From Sphingomonas sp. (GTDB lineage Bacteria > Pseudomonadota > Alphaproteobacteria > Sphingomonadales > Sphingomonadaceae), in contig NZ_DATHFV010000127.1 of the NCBI RefSeq assembly GCF_035317925.1, forward strand, positions 8,412 through 72,411: a stretch of 64,000 nucleotides of DNA, written 5' to 3'. Every line of letters starts with the position of its first letter. Within the stretch, counting starts at the first letter, position 1. Shown piece by piece: positions 60,236-64,000 of the stretch. Below the pieces are notes generated by a model that was not told the origin of the DNA, ran no database searches, and saw only the letters and a list, made by a program, of their open reading frames with translations. A program made the position numbers and the translations under genes.

Positions 60236-60637
60236 ATGGAGGAAATCATGTTGGACGCAGAGCGTGCGGGTGGCTCTGATTGCGCCAGTGCGTCTGAGCC
60301 CGATCCGGATCGGGCCAGTCGGCGCCAGTACACCCTGAAAGGTGTTGAGGCAGAAGCGATTGCGTTGATGAGAGATGCGGCGCGTCAAGAGGGCATGAAG
60401 ATTGGGTCGTGGGTCTCATTGCGTATGCGAGAAGCCGCCGAGAAGGCCCTGCGGCGGAAGCCCGAGGCGGGATTGATTCAATCTACTGGCTTGCGTCGTT
60501 CAGAAGGCAAAGACGAGAGCGGGCAGAATGATCTCGTTCGCGAGTTGTCGGCGCGCCTGCTCGTGATGGAGCAAGAGCTTCGCGAGTTAAGCAAAGCCCA
60601 GATGGCGGTAATGGCGAAGCTTATTTCTCAATCCTAG
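60236..60637 (+). CDS. Small ribbon-helix-helix-like and coiled-coil protein
   Basis: QYTLKGVEAEAIALMRDAARQEGMKIGSWV plus C-terminal heptads; the start may be 60248, after GGAGG. Confidence 0.65.
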   Translation: MEEIMLDAERAGGSDCASASEPDPDRASRRQYTLKGVEAEAIALMRDAARQEGMKIGSWVSLRMREAAEKALRRKPEAGLIQSTGLRRSEGKDESGQNDLVRELSARLLVMEQELRELSKAQMAVMAKLISQS

Positions 60638-60665
60638 TATTGCGAATGATTAGCATTCGCAATAC
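60637..60665. terminator. Perfect 12-bp hairpin at the islet edge
   Basis: GTATTGCGAATG-ATTAG-CATTCGCAATAC; no clear U-tract. Confidence 0.4.
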
Positions 60666-60672
60666 CGTGCAT

Positions 60673-60692
60673 TTACGGTGACAGTGCACTTA
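60673..60692 (+). repeat. 20-bp direct repeat, copy 1
   Basis: TTACGGTGACAGTGCACTTA, identical to 62628-62647. Confidence 0.9.
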
Positions 60693-60779
60693 TCTCGTCA
60701 GACCTCCCCGCTTGACGCCCACCTCCAACAAGGATCAAATGATCCCAAGCAGATCGGGGGATCTGCACAGGAGGGGCTA

Positions 60780-61214
60780 ATGAAAATCATCGCCACGGCG
60801 GCTGCCGTGATTGCGCTTTTCGCGTCGCCCGCGCTCGCGAAAGATCGCGATAGCGACGACTCGCAGAACACGCTGACGCACGGCATGGCGCAGATGACCC
60901 TGCACGTTGGCACGACCACGCAGGAAGACGTCATCACCGCCTTCGGTGCGCCCAACATCACCACGCTCGACGGGCAGGGGCAGGAAGTCTGGGTCTATGA
61001 TCGCCAGGCGACCGTCACCAGCAGCGGCAGTTCCGGTTTCTCGATCGGCATGCTCGTCGGCGCTGGCGGCGGCGGTGTCGGCGGCGGCGGCGGATTGGGC
61101 TTCGGCAAATCCAAAAGCCATTCGTCCGAAACGCAGCGCACCATGACGCTGATCATCAAGTTCGGACCGGACAAGAAGGTCGTCGATTTCAAGAGCCGCA
61201 GCAGTTCGTTCTGA
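60780..61214 (+). CDS. Secreted SmpA/BamE-like protein with a Gly-rich insert
   Basis: AGGAGGGG RBS, signal peptide, GTTTQEDVITAFGAP...EVWVY...LIIKF. Confidence 0.7.
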   Translation: MKIIATAAAVIALFASPALAKDRDSDDSQNTLTHGMAQMTLHVGTTTQEDVITAFGAPNITTLDGQGQEVWVYDRQATVTSSGSSGFSIGMLVGAGGGGVGGGGGLGFGKSKSHSSETQRTMTLIIKFGPDKKVVDFKSRSSSF

Positions 61215-61230
61215 TCCTGGGGAGGATGAT

Positions 61231-61758
61231 ATGATCAAATATATGATGGGTGGCGTGATGATGGCGGGGGCGTTGGTTGCGACCGGTGCTGACGCCAAGA
61301 AGCCGCCGCAGTTGAGCGGCCTCGAACTCCAGCAGATTCAGTCGCACAGCTTCGAAGCGTCGAAGAACGTCGTGTTCGCCTCTGTCGTTACAGTGCTGCA
61401 GGATTCGGGTTTCCGCATCGGCTCGGCGGATAAAGAAACGGGGCTTCTCACCGCGATCGGCACGAGCGAACGCCATATGACATGGGTGCCGTTCGTCGGC
61501 TTCGGCTCGTCCAAGAAGAACCCCGTTGTGACCGCCTTCATCGAAGAGCGCGGGCAGGGCACGCGCGTTCGCCTCAACTTCGTCATGGCGAAGGTGAAGA
61601 ACAACCAATATGCCGCCAACTCCGACGAAGACGCGATCCTCGATCCGCAGGTCTACAAGGACGCCTTCGAGAAGATCGACAAGGAGGTCTTCATCCGTCA
61701 GGCCGAGAACGCACCGGCGTCGGGTGGCGGCGGGGCTGCGACGGCTGTAGCTAAGTAG
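61231..61758 (+). CDS. Secreted hypothetical protein
   Basis: GGAGG RBS, signal peptide, IQSHSFE...VFASVVTVLQDSGFRIGSADKETGLLTA. Confidence 0.75.
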   Translation: MIKYMMGGVMMAGALVATGADAKKPPQLSGLELQQIQSHSFEASKNVVFASVVTVLQDSGFRIGSADKETGLLTAIGTSERHMTWVPFVGFGSSKKNPVVTAFIEERGQGTRVRLNFVMAKVKNNQYAANSDEDAILDPQVYKDAFEKIDKEVFIRQAENAPASGGGGAATAVAK

Positions 61759-61868
61759 GCCGCCCCCGATCTGATCGCGGGGCATCCGCCGCGATACTAT
61801 TTGCAGCAAAAAGCGCCGCCGAACCCCCAAGGCCCGGCGACGCTCTGCTTCCCCTTGGGGCAGGAAAT

Positions 61869-62387
61869 CTAGGCGAAGCTGATCGCGGCCTTCTTCCGGC
61901 GCATCATGCCACCGATCAGGCCAAAGCCGCCGATCATCAGCAAATAGGTGCCGGGCTCCGGCACTGCGGCTGGGGCCGCGACTGCGGGAAAATAATTTGC
62001 CACCGGGGAGGTGACATGCCCCCCGCTCCAACTCAGGCCTGGGAAAGACGTATTGCCGTATGGATTCGATCCGAAATACAATGTTGCGGCATAATAAGAC
62101 GTGTAACCAGTGGCATACGTAATCTTGCCGTTCGTAACGGTGATTGTGCCATTGGCAGAGAAGAGCGTGTCCGTCCCGGCGAAGTAAAGACTTGGGTGTC
62201 CCGGAACCGGAGACGAGCCGATCCTGACGATCAGCGAAGCGAGCGAATTATTGCCCTCGACGAGGCCGTCGATTGTGCCGCTGATTTCGTTCGTGCCGCC
62301 GTGGTTGATGGAGAATAGGAAAGTGGTCGCCTGCGCAGCCGATGCGGCGGCGAGGGCGATAACTGCCGCGAGAACCAGCTTTTTCAT
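61869..62387 (-). CDS. PEP-CTERM (PEPxxWA-type) sorting-domain protein
   Basis: Signal peptide MKKLVLAAVIALAAASAAQA; C-terminal AVPEPGTYLLMIGGFGLIGGMMRRKK. Confidence 0.88.
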   Translation of the reverse strand: MKKLVLAAVIALAAASAAQATTFLFSINHGGTNEISGTIDGLVEGNNSLASLIVRIGSSPVPGHPSLYFAGTDTLFSANGTITVTNGKITYATGYTSYYAATLYFGSNPYGNTSFPGLSWSGGHVTSPVANYFPAVAAPAAVPEPGTYLLMIGGFGLIGGMMRRKKAAISFA

Positions 62388-62554
62388 AAAAATACCAATC
62401 GGCCACGGACGTTCGGCATCGCGACGAACCAAGCCGTTAAGCTACGGTAGCATGACCCTGAAAAGAGTCGAGTGCGTAACAATCCCTGAGACGCCGCAAC
62501 ACCCGCTACTAAGCCGAAGGCAGAACAGCCGCTATCAAGGTTCGCTTGGCTGGG

Positions 62555-62647
62555 ATTACGGTGACACAGTACCCAACTGATCCGCCGCAATAGTGCTGTT
62601 CCCCGCTTTGCGAATTACGGTGGCGAATTACGGTGACAGTGCACTTA
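62555..62647 (+). repeat. Cluster of repeat copies: one full 20-mer plus partial and tandem copies
   Basis: ATTACGGTGACA at 62555; tandem GCGAATTACGGTG at 62610 and 62623; full copy at 62628-62647. Confidence 0.85.
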
Positions 62648-62670
62648 ATGCGCGAAACGCCCTGCGCCGC

Positions 62671-63999
62671 CTAAACGAAATCGCTCGTCGTCATCGTGCC
62701 CGCATTCACCCCGTCCAGCTTGATCGCCAGCTCGGCCAGGTCCGACCCGCCCGACCCCGACGACACCAGATAGGTATCGCCGCCGACCTGCATCGCCGCG
62801 ACTTCGTGGGAGCCCGCATGCCCGCTCATCAGCGCATGCGCGTCGGTGATCGCGTGCGCGGCGTCGACCGAGGATCCGGTCAGGATCGCGGTCGGCACGA
62901 AGGCGAGTTCGATCTTGTCGCTGCCCTGGACGAAATCGGTGATCTCGTCGGTCAGCGGGCTGGTCGGGCTCGTATCGCCGGTTGATCCGGCGAAGCGGTT
63001 GAACACGAACAGGTCCGCGCCGCCGCCGCCGGTCATCACGTCCTGGCCATGGCCGCCTTCCAGCGTATCGTTGCCAAGGTCGCCCAACAGCGTGTCGTCA
63101 CCGTCGCCGCCCGCGATCAGGTCGTCGTCCTTGCCGCCGCGCAGGGAATCCTGACCGGCGCCGCCATCGATCGTGTCGTTGCCGAGGTTGCCGTTGACCG
63201 TATCGTTGCCGTCGCCGGCGACGATCGTGTCATTGTCCGCGCCGCCGTTGATCCGGTCCGATCCCAGCCCGCCGTCCAGCGTGTCGTTGCCGGCATTGCC
63301 CTGCAGATAATCGGATCCGTCGCCCGCGCTGAGCGAGTCCGCGCCATCGGCTCCGCCGTTCGCCGACTGGCCGTAAAGATGGTCGTTGCCGGTACCGCCG
63401 CTCAGCATATCCGCGCCGCTGCCGCCGTATAGATCGTCGTGGCCCTCGCCGCCGTAGAGCGCGTCATCGCCATTGCCGCCGGATTCCATCACGGGCTTCG
63501 TGCCGGCATGGATGATGTCGTCGCCGTCATCGCCGCTCAGCTGATCCTTCGACGGCGGCACGAAAAAGCCCGTGTCTATGGTGCCCCCATAAATGACGTC
63601 GTTGCCGTTGCCGCCGGAGATCGTGTCGACCGCATAGGTGCCCGTCAGCGTATCGTTGCCGTCGAGCCCCAGCATCGTCACGCCCGCGGAATAGCGATCC
63701 GGCGGGACGATCCCGGCCGTGACATTGTCGTCGAAATTGGTGAGGCTGAGGAAGCTTATATATTCGATGCTGGTGATCGGGCTGCCGCCGATCGTCTTGG
63801 TGGCGCCGAGCGCCAGATCCATGAAGTTCGCGGTCAGCCCCTCGGTCGCGGTATCGCCGTACAGGATCAGCGTGTCCGTATCCCAATAGAAATTGGGCCC
63901 GCCGTTGATCGTGTCGCCCAGATGCGCGACGATGACGTCGTTACCGATGCTACCGTTCAGCGTGTCGTGATCGCTGTTCGACGGATGGCCCGGCCCGCC
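62671..63999 (-). CDS. RTX/hemolysin-type calcium-binding repeat protein, 5'-truncated by window
   Basis: Many GGxGxDxL nonamers and a C-terminal DEITDF..GSDKIEL; the frame stays open to the window end. Confidence 0.9.
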   Translation of the reverse strand, partial: GGPGHPSNSDHDTLNGSIGNDVIVAHLGDTINGGPNFYWDTDTLILYGDTATEGLTANFMDLALGATKTIGGSPITSIEYISFLSLTNFDDNVTAGIVPPDRYSAGVTMLGLDGNDTLTGTYAVDTISGGNGNDVIYGGTIDTGFFVPPSKDQLSGDDGDDIIHAGTKPVMESGGNGDDALYGGEGHDDLYGGSGADMLSGGTGNDHLYGQSANGGADGADSLSAGDGSDYLQGNAGNDTLDGGLGSDRINGGADNDTIVAGDGNDTVNGNLGNDTIDGGAGQDSLRGGKDDDLIAGGDGDDTLLGDLGNDTLEGGHGQDVMTGGGGADLFVFNRFAGSTGDTSPTSPLTDEITDFVQGSDKIELAFVPTAILTGSSVDAAHAITDAHALMSGHAGSHEVAAMQVGGDTYLVSSGSGGSDLAELAIKLDGVNAGTMTTSDFV

Positions 64000-64000
64000 A

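Noticed and set aside
62555-63700. CRISPR array
   Set aside because: The repeat copies are few and irregularly spaced, there are no cas genes, and the periodicity further right is RTX coding repeats.

Overview
High-GC alphaproteobacterial chromosomal DNA; gene content and regulatory motifs point to Sphingomonadaceae (inference). Layout: (1) 1-15.2 kb, sugar-utilisation locus with PhyH-type dioxygenase, TIM-barrel isomerase, GH31/PA14 alpha-xylosidase-like enzyme, secreted LamG protein, lactonase, enolase-family dehydratase, SDR, FadR regulator, tryptophan-halogenase-like protein and TonB-dependent receptor, with a 13-bp motif before four transcription units; (2) CHAD-like, sulfotransferase-like, CoA-transferase and MCP genes, then a Pho-box-preceded TBDR-glpQ operon; (3) pentose-phosphate cluster rpiA, tkt, tal/pgi, gnd, zwf, two HAD hydrolases and an HpnG-like phosphorylase; (4) signalling and housekeeping genes up to uvrA with a LexA box; (5) an accessory patch after uvrA. 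Best lead: a 393-bp element (50178-50570) with a lone GIY-YIG nuclease gene between 33-bp CGTC-tagged hairpin inverted repeats, and two gene-less copies of the same ends (24074-24155, 42479-42567), suggesting an autonomous/non-autonomous mobile pair. Second lead: a 20-bp direct repeat bracketing a 2-kb block of secreted-protein genes (60673-62647). No rRNA, tRNA, CRISPR array, integrase or classical transposase was seen. All calls come from reading motifs by eye; no searches were run.
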